This document shows positions 15,870 through 28,343 of a DNA stretch of 64,000 bases, piece by piece. The position numbers and the translations under genes were made by a program. Source of the stretch: an uncultured Bacteroidaceae bacterium (GTDB taxonomy: Bacteria; Bacillota; Clostridia; Christensenellales; CAG-917); the NCBI GenBank assembly GCA_964637515.1, contig CAZWUI010000004.1, forward strand, positions 42,324 to 106,323, given 5' to 3'. The notes beneath the pieces are model-generated. The model had not been told where the DNA came from and did not search any database. It saw only the letters and a list, made by a program, of their open reading frames with translations. Every line of letters starts with the position of its first letter. Within the stretch, counting starts at the first letter, position 1.

Positions 15870-17651
15870 ATGGCGTTCGATTCAAAAGACGGAATCAATC
15901 AAAGTTTTCTCGAAGAACTCAAAAGCAGAAACGACATAGTTAGCACGATTTCGCAGTACGTTCCCCTCACCAAAAAGGGCGGGAAGTATTTCGGCTGTTG
16001 TCCTTTCCACAACGAGAAAACAGGCTCGTTCTGCGTGAACACGGACGGGCAATATTATCATTGTTTCGGTTGCGGAGAGTCGGGCAACGTCATATCTTTC
16101 GTTATGGCGATAGAGTCGTTGAGTTTTATGGATGCGGTCAAATTCCTTGCGGATAGGGCGAATATGGAAATGCCCGAATTTCACGCAGACCCCAAGCGCG
16201 CGGAGAAAAAAGAAAAGAGAGAAATCCTTCTCGGACTTATGAGAGATGCGGCGGTGTATTATCGTTCGAATCTCACTCGCGAAGTAGAAGGAAAAGAGGC
16301 TAGAGAATATCTCTCGTCAAGAGGAATAAGCGAAGACGTCGCAAGGCAGTACGGCATGGGACTCTCTCTCGGACATGACCAACTCTACGGCTATATGCGC
16401 AGAAAAGGCTATTCCACCGAAAATTTGCGTGATTGCGGACTCGTCGTCGGCGAGAACAATATCGACGCGTTCGCAGGGCGTATTATCGTGCCTATCATAG
16501 ACGCTATGGGCAACGTCGTTGCATTCGGCGGTCGCATTTATCACGGCGAACAGGACGTCGCAAAATACAAAAATTCCACAAACACTTTCATCTTCGATAA
16601 GAGTAGAACACTCTACGGCGTGAACTATATCAAAAAGGAAAAACGCGCGGGAAACAGTTTCAGGGAACTCATCTTGGTGGAAGGATATATGGACGTTATT
16701 TCACTGGGTGCTGCGGGTATACGTAACGCAGTCGCTGGTATGGGCACGGCACTGACGGTCGGACAGGCAAACGAGATAAAACGCCTTGTGCCTACGGTGT
16801 ACGTGTGCTACGACGGCGACGGTGCGGGCAAAAAAGCAACGATAAGAAATATCGACGTTTTGCGCTCGGTCGGACTTGACGTGAAAGTGGTTTCTTTGAG
16901 CGACGGAATGGACCCCGACGATACGATAAAGAAGGAAGGCTATGAAGGCTTTATGTCGAAAGTCGGAGAGGCACTTTCTGTCATCGAATACAAACTCAAA
17001 CTGTGCGCAGAGGCTTACAATCTTGATTCGGTCGAGGGCAGAGGAAAGTACGTCACCGCTTGTTTGAAAGTGTTGAAAGAAATCGAAAGTCCGTCTGAAA
17101 GAGAAGTTTATCTGTCGGTTGTGTCTGGATTAAGTCGTGTTTCGGTCGAAACTCTCTCTTCGGAACTCAATAAGGGCGCAACCGAAAAAATGCAAAAACG
17201 CAAGGAAGTCGTTTCTCAAGACAAGGACTCGAAAAACTTGAAAGCGTCGAGATTCGTACTCAACAAAATTCTGAACAGAGCGCCTTATGCAAACGTTGAC
17301 CTTGTGAAAAAAGAATGGTTGCAACACCCCTTGCATCAAGAGATTTTCGATAGGTTTGTGGAAAGTGGCGGTACCCTTCAAATATCCACTCTTTTCGACG
17401 ACGAAAAAGAACAAAACGAGATAAGCAAGATTGTAGGGGACAAGGTCGCCGCAATCGAAGGTACGGATGAAAAAGCGTATTTTGCGGATTGTCTCATCGC
17501 CCTTGCAAACGATTATCTCTCCGCAATACTTGAAAAACTCAAAACGGAATATAACACCCTGACGTCCGACGAGGACAAAAGGAATAATATATCCGAAATC
17601 GCATCCCTTCAAAAGAAACTCAAATCAAAAAACATAGAAGACAAAACGTAA
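15870..17651 (+). CDS. dnaG: DNA primase
   Basis: CHC2 zinc finger (CCPFHNEKTGSFCV...YHCFGCGESGN) and Toprim (LVEGYMDV, CYDGDGAGKKA). Precedes rpoD. ATG 15870 with AAGGA RBS is preferred to the track GTG 15846, which lies 3 nt after a TATAAT. Confidence 0.95.
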   Translation: MAFDSKDGINQSFLEELKSRNDIVSTISQYVPLTKKGGKYFGCCPFHNEKTGSFCVNTDGQYYHCFGCGESGNVISFVMAIESLSFMDAVKFLADRANMEMPEFHADPKRAEKKEKREILLGLMRDAAVYYRSNLTREVEGKEAREYLSSRGISEDVARQYGMGLSLGHDQLYGYMRRKGYSTENLRDCGLVVGENNIDAFAGRIIVPIIDAMGNVVAFGGRIYHGEQDVAKYKNSTNTFIFDKSRTLYGVNYIKKEKRAGNSFRELILVEGYMDVISLGAAGIRNAVAGMGTALTVGQANEIKRLVPTVYVCYDGDGAGKKATIRNIDVLRSVGLDVKVVSLSDGMDPDDTIKKEGYEGFMSKVGEALSVIEYKLKLCAEAYNLDSVEGRGKYVTACLKVLKEIESPSEREVYLSVVSGLSRVSVETLSSELNKGATEKMQKRKEVVSQDKDSKNLKASRFVLNKILNRAPYANVDLVKKEWLQHPLHQEIFDRFVESGGTLQISTLFDDEKEQNEISKIVGDKVAAIEGTDEKAYFADCLIALANDYLSAILEKLKTEYNTLTSDEDKRNNISEIASLQKKLKSKNIEDKT

Positions 17652-17690
17652 ACGGCATTGCCGTATTTCCCGATGGGGACGGAGGTAATA

Positions 17691-18728
17691 ATGGATAGAG
17701 AACAAATCATCAAGGCGGAGATTGAAAAACTCATCGCCCTTGCAAAAACCAAAAACATCACCGAAGACGACGTGATGGCTAAACTTGAACGCCACAATGC
17801 GATCGCAGAAGAAATGGAAGTCGTGTTCAACGCTCTCAAAGAAGCGGGCATTGAATTTACCGACGAGCCGACTCCCGACGAACTCGACAGTATGATCGAG
17901 GGCAGTTCGGACGACGCAGTCAAAATGTATCTCAAGGATATAGGCAAAGTACCTCTTTTGTCCGCCGAAGAAGAAGTCGAACTTGCAAGACGTATGGAAG
18001 AAGGGGACGAAGAAGCAAAGAAAAAACTCTCCGAAGCAAATCTTCGCTTGGTCGTGTCTATTGCAAAGAGATACGTCGGCAGAAACATGCACTTCCTCGA
18101 CCTCATTCAAGAAGGCAATCTCGGACTTATGAAAGCGGTCGACAAATTCGACTACACAAAGGGATTCAAATTCTCGACGTATGCGACTTGGTGGATTCGC
18201 CAATCCATAACTCGTGCAATCGCGGATCAAGCGCGCACGATTAGAATCCCCGTACATATGGTCGAAACCATCAACAAGCAAGTGAGAGCGACTCGTACTC
18301 TCTTGCAACGACTGGGCAGAGAGCCTTCCCCCGAAGAAATCGCGGAATATCTCGGTTGTCCCGTCGAAAAAGTGCGCGAAATCCAAAAAATCGCACAAGA
18401 TCCCGTGTCTCTTGAAACCCCTATCGGCGAAGAAGAAGACAGTCATCTCGGCGATTTCATCGAAGACGACAAAGCGTTGTCTCCTATGGAAGTCGCAGAG
18501 AGCAATATGCTCCGCGAGCAACTCATCCAAGTGCTCAACACTCTCACCCCGCGTGAAGAAAAGGTGCTTCGACTCCGCTACGGTCTTGACGACAGTCACC
18601 CCCGTACACTCGAAGAAGTGGGCAAGGAATTTAACGTGACGAGAGAGCGTATCCGTCAAATCGAAGCGAAAGCGCTCCGTAAACTCCGTCACCCCAACAG
18701 ACTCAAAAAACTCAAGGACTTCGACTGA
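17691..18728 (+). CDS. rpoD: RNA polymerase primary sigma factor
   Basis: Regions 2-4 recognised: [63 protein letters not shown] 17691 is preceded by GGAGG. Confidence 0.95.
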   Translation: MDREQIIKAEIEKLIALAKTKNITEDDVMAKLERHNAIAEEMEVVFNALKEAGIEFTDEPTPDELDSMIEGSSDDAVKMYLKDIGKVPLLSAEEEVELARRMEEGDEEAKKKLSEANLRLVVSIAKRYVGRNMHFLDLIQEGNLGLMKAVDKFDYTKGFKFSTYATWWIRQSITRAIADQARTIRIPVHMVETINKQVRATRTLLQRLGREPSPEEIAEYLGCPVEKVREIQKIAQDPVSLETPIGEEEDSHLGDFIEDDKALSPMEVAESNMLREQLIQVLNTLTPREEKVLRLRYGLDDSHPRTLEEVGKEFNVTRERIRQIEAKALRKLRHPNRLKKLKDFD

Positions 18729-19414
18729 TGCCGATACGACTTGACGAAAGATTGACAGCCGTCGTCCAACGTATACCGTACGGTAGCGTTGCGGACGTCG
18801 GTTGCGACCACGGAAAACTCGGCTACTACTTGGTGTCCACCGACCGTGCGAGCAACGTTATCGCCACCGATATAAGCCTTCCGAGCTTGAATAAGGCGAA
18901 AGAACTTGCCAAAGAAAACGGCGTTTCCCACCTTATCGAAACAAGGGCGGGGGACGGACTTGCGCCCGTTGCAAGCGGTGAAGTCGATACCGTCGTTATC
19001 GCAGGACTCGGCGGGGACGTGATAGCCGATATTCTTATGCGCGCGCGTGAACAGGGCAAGGAATTTGCCCATTTTGTGCTGTCGCCCAACACTCATCCCG
19101 AAAAGGTGCGTGACGAATTATCTCGTTCTTGCCACGTAATTACGTCAGACGGCTTGACCGAATGCGCAAATAAGTATTATACTATTATTTCGTCTGATAA
19201 TACGCGCGCTCTCGCTACGCACGTATGTGAGGAATTGGATCCCTATCAACGAGCCTACGGCAAGTTTTACGAGAGGGACGAAGTTTTCAAAAAACGCGGG
19301 GAAGAAGAGCTTGCGTGCATGAAAAATATCCTGTCCGTCCACTATTCAGACGAACTCGAAAGAAAAATTGCGTTCTTATCAGAAGCACTCGAAAGGGTGA
19401 AGATAGGTGAATAA
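18728..19414 (+). CDS. trmK: tRNA (adenine22-N1)-methyltransferase
   Basis: Resembles B. subtilis YqfN/TrmK (VADVGCDHGKLG, IATDI, AGLGG) and holds the same position after the sigma gene. Confidence 0.8.
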   Translation: MPIRLDERLTAVVQRIPYGSVADVGCDHGKLGYYLVSTDRASNVIATDISLPSLNKAKELAKENGVSHLIETRAGDGLAPVASGEVDTVVIAGLGGDVIADILMRAREQGKEFAHFVLSPNTHPEKVRDELSRSCHVITSDGLTECANKYYTIISSDNTRALATHVCEELDPYQRAYGKFYERDEVFKKRGEEELACMKNILSVHYSDELERKIAFLSEALERVKIGE

Positions 19415-20178
19415 TGACCAAAAAACAAATCGTTGACCTCATCGAAAACGTTGCGCCGATTTCCCTTGCCGAAGAAAACGACAGAGAGAAAATCGGACTT
19501 CAAGTCGGCACGCTCAAAGGGGAGTGTACCGGCGTTTTGACTTGTCTTGACGTGACGGTGGACGCGGTGAAAAAAGCGGTGCGCAATCACTGCAATCTCA
19601 TCATCTCGCATCATCCGATGATTTACAATCCTATCGGCAGTATACCGACGGACGAGCCCGAAGGAGAGTGCATCGCTCTTGCACTGAAAAACGACATAGC
19701 GGTCTACTCTGCACACACCAATCTTGACGCCTGTGAAGTGGGCACCAACGCTACACTCGTCAGACTTTTTGGCGGAAAAGTTTTGAAAACGGAAGGTTGC
19801 CTTTTCGTTGCCGAAATCGAGAAAACGACTGTCGGTGAGTTTGCAAAGAAAGTCGCAAAAGTTATCAACGACGACAGTGTGAAACTCGTCGGAAACCCAA
19901 ACAAGAAAATCAAAAAAATATGCGTATGCTCGGGCGGCGGTGCGTCCTACCACGCCGTTGATTACGCAACCCAAAACGCGGACGTATTCGTGGTTGGCGA
20001 CGTCAGTCATCACGTATATTTGTACGCAGACGAAAGAGATTTTCCGCTTGTTGAGTATTCCCACTACGCAAGCGAGATTATCGCGGAAGATATTTTCGCG
20101 TCCCTTCTCAAAGAGACGGGCGTGAAAATCGTGAAAGCAAATCAACACCGTCCTTTCAGGACGCTGGAGGAAATATGA
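19414..20178 (+). CDS. NIF3-family dinuclear metal centre protein (YqfO-like)
   Basis: 254 aa. NIF3-like N-terminus and ISHHPMIY motif. Sits after trmK as in Bacillus. Start overlaps the trmK stop. Confidence 0.8.
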   Translation: MTKKQIVDLIENVAPISLAEENDREKIGLQVGTLKGECTGVLTCLDVTVDAVKKAVRNHCNLIISHHPMIYNPIGSIPTDEPEGECIALALKNDIAVYSAHTNLDACEVGTNATLVRLFGGKVLKTEGCLFVAEIEKTTVGEFAKKVAKVINDDSVKLVGNPNKKIKKICVCSGGGASYHAVDYATQNADVFVVGDVSHHVYLYADERDFPLVEYSHYASEIIAEDIFASLLKETGVKIVKANQHRPFRTLEEI

Positions 20179-20885
20179 AATTCGACAAACGTATCCTTGA
20201 CTATCAAAGAATAGACAACGAACTTATCGCTCTCGAAAGCGAAGTCACGAAGAGCAAAGAAAGACAAGCACTCGTCGCATCCAAAACCAAACTCGACGAC
20301 GCAACTTCTCAAATCAGCAAACTTTCGAGCGAAGCAAACGAAATTCTTGCGCAATACGCCGACTATCAAAACAAAATCAAAGCACTCCAAGCAAAACTTG
20401 CGGAGTTCGACGGCATTGTAGACGGCATAGAAGACGTTGCGGAAGCGGAATATTATATCAAACAAATTGACGGCATACTCTCTGAAATTTCCGCAATCGA
20501 AAAGGAAATCGCAAAGAGCGGTGTCCATGCGGATTCAATCAATCAAGAGTTTGCAAAAACTTGGAATGCAGGTATGCACGCAAACGAAGTTTTCAAGAAA
20601 GCAACAAAGGAATATAACGACTTCATGGCGAAGTTGCAACCCGATGCGCAGAGAATAAAAGCAGAACTTGCCACACTTCAAAAGGAAATCCCCGAAGACT
20701 TTTTGAAAATGTACGTCAACCTTCGCAATATGAAGAAAACCCCTGCATTCGTCGAATACGACAGACAAAACGCAAGTTGTGGTCGTTGCCGTATGGACGT
20801 CCCCAACGATACGAAAGAAAAACTCCGTGAAAGCGGTGATTGGGCGGAATGCCCCAACTGCCGCAGAATACTTTACATTCTGTGA
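20175..20885 (+). CDS. Coiled-coil zinc-ribbon protein (COG1579/DUF164 type)
   Basis: 236 aa. Long heptad-rich region, then CGRC...CPNC. It is the usual downstream partner of NIF3 genes. Confidence 0.7.
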   Translation: MKFDKRILDYQRIDNELIALESEVTKSKERQALVASKTKLDDATSQISKLSSEANEILAQYADYQNKIKALQAKLAEFDGIVDGIEDVAEAEYYIKQIDGILSEISAIEKEIAKSGVHADSINQEFAKTWNAGMHANEVFKKATKEYNDFMAKLQPDAQRIKAELATLQKEIPEDFLKMYVNLRNMKKTPAFVEYDRQNASCGRCRMDVPNDTKEKLRESGDWAECPNCRRILYIL

Positions 20886-20892
20886 GAGGTAA

Positions 20893-23913
<3,021 letters not shown>

Positions 23914-23968
23914 TAAGACACATCAATATAGTACGACCGTTCGTATGGTCGACTGCAAAGGAGAATAT

Positions 23969-25909
23969 ATGATAATCACTCTAAAAGACGGAAACAAAAT
24001 CGCGATCGACGGTAGCGCTACCGCATACGAAATCGCGAAGCAAATCGGCGAAAGACTGGCAAAGGCTGCACTCGTATGCAAAGTTGACGGTGTTTTGACC
24101 TCTATGAACGAAGTTATCGACCACGATTGCAACTTCGAAATTCTCACTTGGAACGACGAAGAAGGCAAAAAGGCGTATCGTCATACCGCATCCCATATCC
24201 TTGCGCAAGCGGTTAAGAATATCTATCCGACCGTTCAACTCGCAATCGGACCCGCTATCGACGACGGCTTCTACTACGACTTTGATTTCAAGACTCCCAT
24301 AACTCAAGCGGACTTTGAAAAAATCGAAGCGGAAATGCGCTCTATCATCAAGGCAAACTTCCCCATCGAAAGAAAAGTCGTTTCGAGAAAGGAAGCGGAA
24401 ACCGCAATCAAAAAGTCGAAACAAATATATAAACTCGAACTCCTGTCCGACATTCCCGAAGGGGAAGAAATTAGTTTTTACACTCAAGGGGATTTCGTTG
24501 ACCTTTGTGCAGGTCCTCACCTTGCAAGCACGGGCAGAGTCAAGGAATTCAAACTCACCGCTCTCACCGGTGCGTACTGGCGCGGTAGCGAAAAAAATAA
24601 AATGCTCACCCGTATCTACGGCACCGCATTCGAGAAGAAAGCGGAACTCGACGAATATCTCAAACGCCTCGAAGAAGCAAAACTCCGTGATCACAACCGT
24701 TTGGGACGCGATCTCGAACTCTTTATGACGGATGAAAACGTCGGTCAAGGTCTCCCTCTCATGATGCCCAAGGGCGCAAGAATACTCCAAATTCTCCAAC
24801 GTTTCGTCGAAGACGAAGAACAGAGAAGGGGTTATCTTCTTACCAAAACTCCTATTATGACCAAAAATAATTTGTTCATAATCTCCGGACACTGGGACCA
24901 CTACAAAGACAAAATGTTCTGGATGGGCGACGAGGATGTCGATGACGAAATCCTGTGCTTGAGACCTATGACTTGCCCCTTGCAATTCACGATTTACAAG
25001 AACGGTTTGAAGTCCTATCGTGACCTTCCCGTCAGATATGCCGAAACCGCTATCGAATTTAGAAAAGAGGCAAGCGGTGAAATGCACGGACTCACTCGTA
25101 TCCGTCAATTTACTCTCGCTGACGGTCATATCGTTTGCACTCCCGACCAACTCGAAAAGGAATTTGAAGGTTGCGTAGATCTTATCAAATATATCGCAGA
25201 CGTGTTCGGACTCAGCGATGACATTTGGTTCCGTTTCTCTCGTTGGGACCCCAACGATGCGGATAAATACGTCGGTTCGAAAGAGGAATGGGAAAGAGTC
25301 GAAGGCACCATGAAACAAATCCTTGACGACCTTGGCATTAAATATGACGAGGCTTGGGGCGAAGCAGCTTTCTACGGTCCTAAACTCGACGTGCAAGGCA
25401 AGAACGTTCACGGCAAAGAAGACACTCTCTTCACCGTTCAAATCGACTTCTCGCTTGCAAAGCGTTTCGATATGATTTATATCGACGAAAACGGCGAGAA
25501 ACAAAATCCGCTCATCATCCACCGTTCTTCTATCGGTTGTTACGAGCGCACTCTCGGTATGCTCATCGAAAAGTACAACGGTGCATTCCCGCTCTGGATG
25601 TCTCCCGAACAAGTCCGCGTGCTCTCCCTTACGGACAGAACGATCGAACAAGCGAAGGAAGTCAGAGAGAAGTTGTTTGCACTCGGTATCCGAGCGGAAG
25701 CGGACGTCAGAAGCGAAAAACTCGGAAAGAAAATCCGCGAAGCACAACTCGACAAAGTCAACTATATCGTCATCATCGGTGACAAGGAAGCGGAACAAGG
25801 CACGATTTCCGTACGTCATCGCTCCTTGGGCGACCTTGGCAGTATGACCGTCGAAGATTTTGAACAAAGAGTTCTTCTTGAAACCGCAAAGAAACTCTTG
25901 GACAGATAA
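23969..25909 (+). CDS. thrS: Threonine--tRNA ligase
   Basis: About 646 aa from ATG 23969 (GGAGA RBS). N-terminal TGS-like and editing region (HTASHILAQAV), class II core (RIRQFTLADGH, HRSSIGCYERTLG) and anticodon-binding tail. Confidence 0.95.
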   Translation: MIITLKDGNKIAIDGSATAYEIAKQIGERLAKAALVCKVDGVLTSMNEVIDHDCNFEILTWNDEEGKKAYRHTASHILAQAVKNIYPTVQLAIGPAIDDGFYYDFDFKTPITQADFEKIEAEMRSIIKANFPIERKVVSRKEAETAIKKSKQIYKLELLSDIPEGEEISFYTQGDFVDLCAGPHLASTGRVKEFKLTALTGAYWRGSEKNKMLTRIYGTAFEKKAELDEYLKRLEEAKLRDHNRLGRDLELFMTDENVGQGLPLMMPKGARILQILQRFVEDEEQRRGYLLTKTPIMTKNNLFIISGHWDHYKDKMFWMGDEDVDDEILCLRPMTCPLQFTIYKNGLKSYRDLPVRYAETAIEFRKEASGEMHGLTRIRQFTLADGHIVCTPDQLEKEFEGCVDLIKYIADVFGLSDDIWFRFSRWDPNDADKYVGSKEEWERVEGTMKQILDDLGIKYDEAWGEAAFYGPKLDVQGKNVHGKEDTLFTVQIDFSLAKRFDMIYIDENGEKQNPLIIHRSSIGCYERTLGMLIEKYNGAFPLWMSPEQVRVLSLTDRTIEQAKEVREKLFALGIRAEADVRSEKLGKKIREAQLDKVNYIVIIGDKEAEQGTISVRHRSLGDLGSMTVEDFEQRVLLETAKKLLDR

Positions 25910-25921
25910 ACGCAAACGAAT

Positions 25922-25955
25922 ATTGCCCCGCCTTTTAGGCGAGGCAATGTTTTTC
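25922..25955 (+). terminator. Rho-independent terminator after thrS
   Basis: Stem attgcc.cgcc / ggcg.ggcaat with one mismatch, loop tttta, then gttttt. Confidence 0.7.
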
Positions 25956-26012
25956 GTTATACTCACTCATTCTAAGACGGCACACACAAAATACTAAGAA
26001 GGGGATTATATT

Positions 26013-27038
26013 ATGCCATTACATATTATATTAAAAGATATAACTACAATAGAATGTGACGCAATAGTCAACGCCGCAAACAGCAGTTTGCTCGGCGGTG
26101 GCGGGGTGGACGGCGCAATTCATGCCGCCGCAGGTCGCGAGCTTTATGAAGAATGCAAAACGCTCGGCGGTTGCAGAGTCGGGGAAGCGAAAATCACGAA
26201 AGGTTACAAACTTCCCGCAAAATACGTCATCCATACGGTAGGTCCCGAATGGCGCGGCGGCTGCGGTAGAGAGAAAGAATTGCTCTCTGCGTGTTATCGC
26301 AATTCGCTTATGCTTGCCAAGGAATACGGTTGCGAAAGCATAGCGTTTCCGCTCATTTCGTCGGGCATCTACGGCTACCCGGACGACAAGGCGATGGAAG
26401 TCGCAATCGACGAAATCAAGAAGTTTTTGGACTCCAACGAAATGGATGTCTATATCGCATTGATAAGCAAACGAAAACTCAAAATCAGTCGCGAATTGAT
26501 TGATGACGTGTCCGATTATATCGATGAAAACTATGAGGACGAGAGCAAACAGTTTCAGTTTATCAATCTCATCGAAAACAACTATGAGGAAAGTGGCTCC
26601 AAGTTTAGTAAAACGATAAGACATAGTAAGTGCCCGGGGTATGCGAGCGAGTCTATTTTTGCTTCAAATATATCCCTTGTCGACGTGCTTTCAAAACTCG
26701 ACGATACGTTTGCGGTAACCCTTATGAAACTCATTGACGCAAAGGGTATGACCGACGTGGAGTGCTACAAAAAAGCAAACGTCAGCAAACAGACATGGTA
26801 TAAGATTATGAACGAAAAGGATTATAAACCTAGCAAAAACACGGTTTTATCCTTCGCTATTGCGCTCGAACTCGATATCAATGAAACAAAACATCTGCTC
26901 CAAACGGTAGGATTTTCTCTGTCGAAAAGCAATAAATTCGACGTCATCATCGAATATTTCATCGAGAACGAGAAGTACGATATTCATCTCATCAACGAAA
27001 TGTTGTTTGAATTTGATCAATCTTGTCTTGGTTTGTGA
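26013..27038 (+). CDS. Macrodomain (ADP-ribose binding/hydrolase) fused to a C-terminal helix-turn-helix-like domain
   Basis: 341 aa. N-terminal macro signature [26 protein letters not shown]...HTVGP...[15 protein letters not shown]-terminal [52 protein letters not shown] resembles an XRE-like HTH. Confidence 0.75.
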   Translation: MPLHIILKDITTIECDAIVNAANSSLLGGGGVDGAIHAAAGRELYEECKTLGGCRVGEAKITKGYKLPAKYVIHTVGPEWRGGCGREKELLSACYRNSLMLAKEYGCESIAFPLISSGIYGYPDDKAMEVAIDEIKKFLDSNEMDVYIALISKRKLKISRELIDDVSDYIDENYEDESKQFQFINLIENNYEESGSKFSKTIRHSKCPGYASESIFASNISLVDVLSKLDDTFAVTLMKLIDAKGMTDVECYKKANVSKQTWYKIMNEKDYKPSKNTVLSFAIALELDINETKHLLQTVGFSLSKSNKFDVIIEYFIENEKYDIHLINEMLFEFDQSCLGL

Positions 27039-27133
27039 GAGTAAACCGTCGATTGACCTCAAATTCAATCCCGCGTTATATAATGTGGTCGTAAGGAAAT
27101 CTTGCGACTACATTTTTTTAAAGGAGAATAACT

Positions 27134-27793
27134 ATGGGAAACAACGTGACTGAACTCGTATTCATTTTAGACAAAAGCGGCTCTATGGCAGGCGCAGAAA
27201 ACGACACTATCGGCGGTTTCAACGCTATGATAGATAAACAAAAATCGGCGGAAGGAAAAGTGTACGTGAACACTGTCTTTTTCTCGAATTTCACCGAACT
27301 CGTGCACGATAGAAAGACTATCGAAGAAATCGAGCCCTTGACCGAAAAGGACTATCGTGTGGGCGGTTGTACCGCACTTTTCGACGCAATCGGTAGCACT
27401 ATCGAGCATATAAGCAATATACACAAGTACGCTCGTCCCGAAGACGTCCCCGAACGCGTTATGTTCGTCATTACCACCGACGGCTACGAAAACGCAAGTC
27501 GTAACTATCGCGCGGCAGAAGTCAAACGTATGATAAGCGAAAAGGAAGAAAACGGCTGGGAGTTTTTGTTCTTGGCGGCAAACATCGACGCGGTCGAAAC
27601 CGCCGAAACTATAGGCATCAAGAAAAACCGCGCAGTCAACTACGGCGTCAAAGAAGACACCAACGCTATCTATGAAGAAATCGGCGAAACCATCTGTTCG
27701 TACACCCTGAACGACGGAATCCCCGCCAACTGGGCAAGAACTACGGAAGAAAGGTTGAGAAACAGAAGAGTCGAAAAACCCGACGTGCTGTAA
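27134..27793 (+). CDS. Small cytoplasmic von Willebrand factor A (vWA) domain protein
   Basis: 219 aa. MIDAS-type LDKSGSM, then GGCTALFDAIG and VITTDGYEN. No signal peptide. AGGAGA RBS. Confidence 0.75.
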   Translation: MGNNVTELVFILDKSGSMAGAENDTIGGFNAMIDKQKSAEGKVYVNTVFFSNFTELVHDRKTIEEIEPLTEKDYRVGGCTALFDAIGSTIEHISNIHKYARPEDVPERVMFVITTDGYENASRNYRAAEVKRMISEKEENGWEFLFLAANIDAVETAETIGIKKNRAVNYGVKEDTNAIYEEIGETICSYTLNDGIPANWARTTEERLRNRRVEKPDVL

Positions 27794-27915
27794 TCGCCGT
27801 CAATTCAGGCAAAAAATTCCGTGGTTGAACGCTTTGTTGTGAAGGCCTTTTGCACTTGTAGTAGGGGAGCAAAAAGCACCGCAACTGTGGAATTTTTTGT
27901 ATAAAGTAGAACAGG

Positions 27916-27943
27916 AAAAAGCACTGCGACGGCAGTGCTTTTT
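27916..27943. terminator. Rho-independent terminator hairpin
   Basis: A-run, stem gcactgc / gcagtgc, 4-nt loop, T-run. Lies about 120 nt after the vWA stop. Confidence 0.65.
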
Positions 27944-27986
27944 CAATGATATACGCTTTGCGTATGATATATTTACTCCGTCCCCG

Positions 27987-28015
27987 GAGATTTCCACGCT
28001 ACGCTCGGAAAGGCA
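27987..28015. repeat. 29-nt repeat, copy A (partner at 34155-34183)
   Basis: gagatttccacgctacgctcggaaaggca vs gagattcccacgctttgctcggaatggca: 25/29 identical, ungapped. Confidence 0.6.
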
Positions 28016-28117
28016 AGTTTTTTGCATAAAAACGAGGGAATTTCGGGGAAAATGTGATATAATAATACTATAATTAAAGAAAAGTGAAAAAAATTTTATG
28101 CAATTATGCAAAAACGA

Positions 28118-28146
28118 TTGACATAATTTCAGGGGTTTGCTATTAT
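28118..28146 (+). promoter_or_regulatory. Sigma-A type promoter of infC-rpmI-rplT
   Basis: TTGACA (28118-28123), 17 nt, TATTAT (28141-28146). Confidence 0.6.
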
Positions 28147-28149
28147 TAC

Positions 28150-28343
28150 TCACGAAGAAAAGGTTCTCCTTTCACCGTGAGCAGAGCGAAACGGTTTCCG
28201 AATTTGACAAAATTCCTGCGTATGGCAGGGTTTGCTTTGAGGTGTTGGAGAATGTCGTAATGCTCTCCGACACTTTTATTTTTGTCGGAGTATAATGGAT
28301 AAAGTTCACAAAGCGTTCCGTAAGAAAATCGGAAAGGGGGTAT
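28150..28343 (+). promoter_or_regulatory. Structured infC leader, candidate L20-responsive attenuator
   Basis: About 190-nt untranslated leader. Terminator-like hairpin gtgttggag (28242-28250) / ctccgacac (28265-28273) is followed by ttttattttt. An alternative pairing is ctccgaca / tgtcggag (28283-28290). Confidence 0.4.

Noticed and set aside
23981-25966. 661-aa ORF on the minus strand covering all of thrS
   Set aside because: It is exactly in register with thrS and is open only because thrS lacks TTA/CTA/TCA codons. It has no RBS or promoter, and its sequence is low-complexity and resembles no known protein. It is a shadow ORF.
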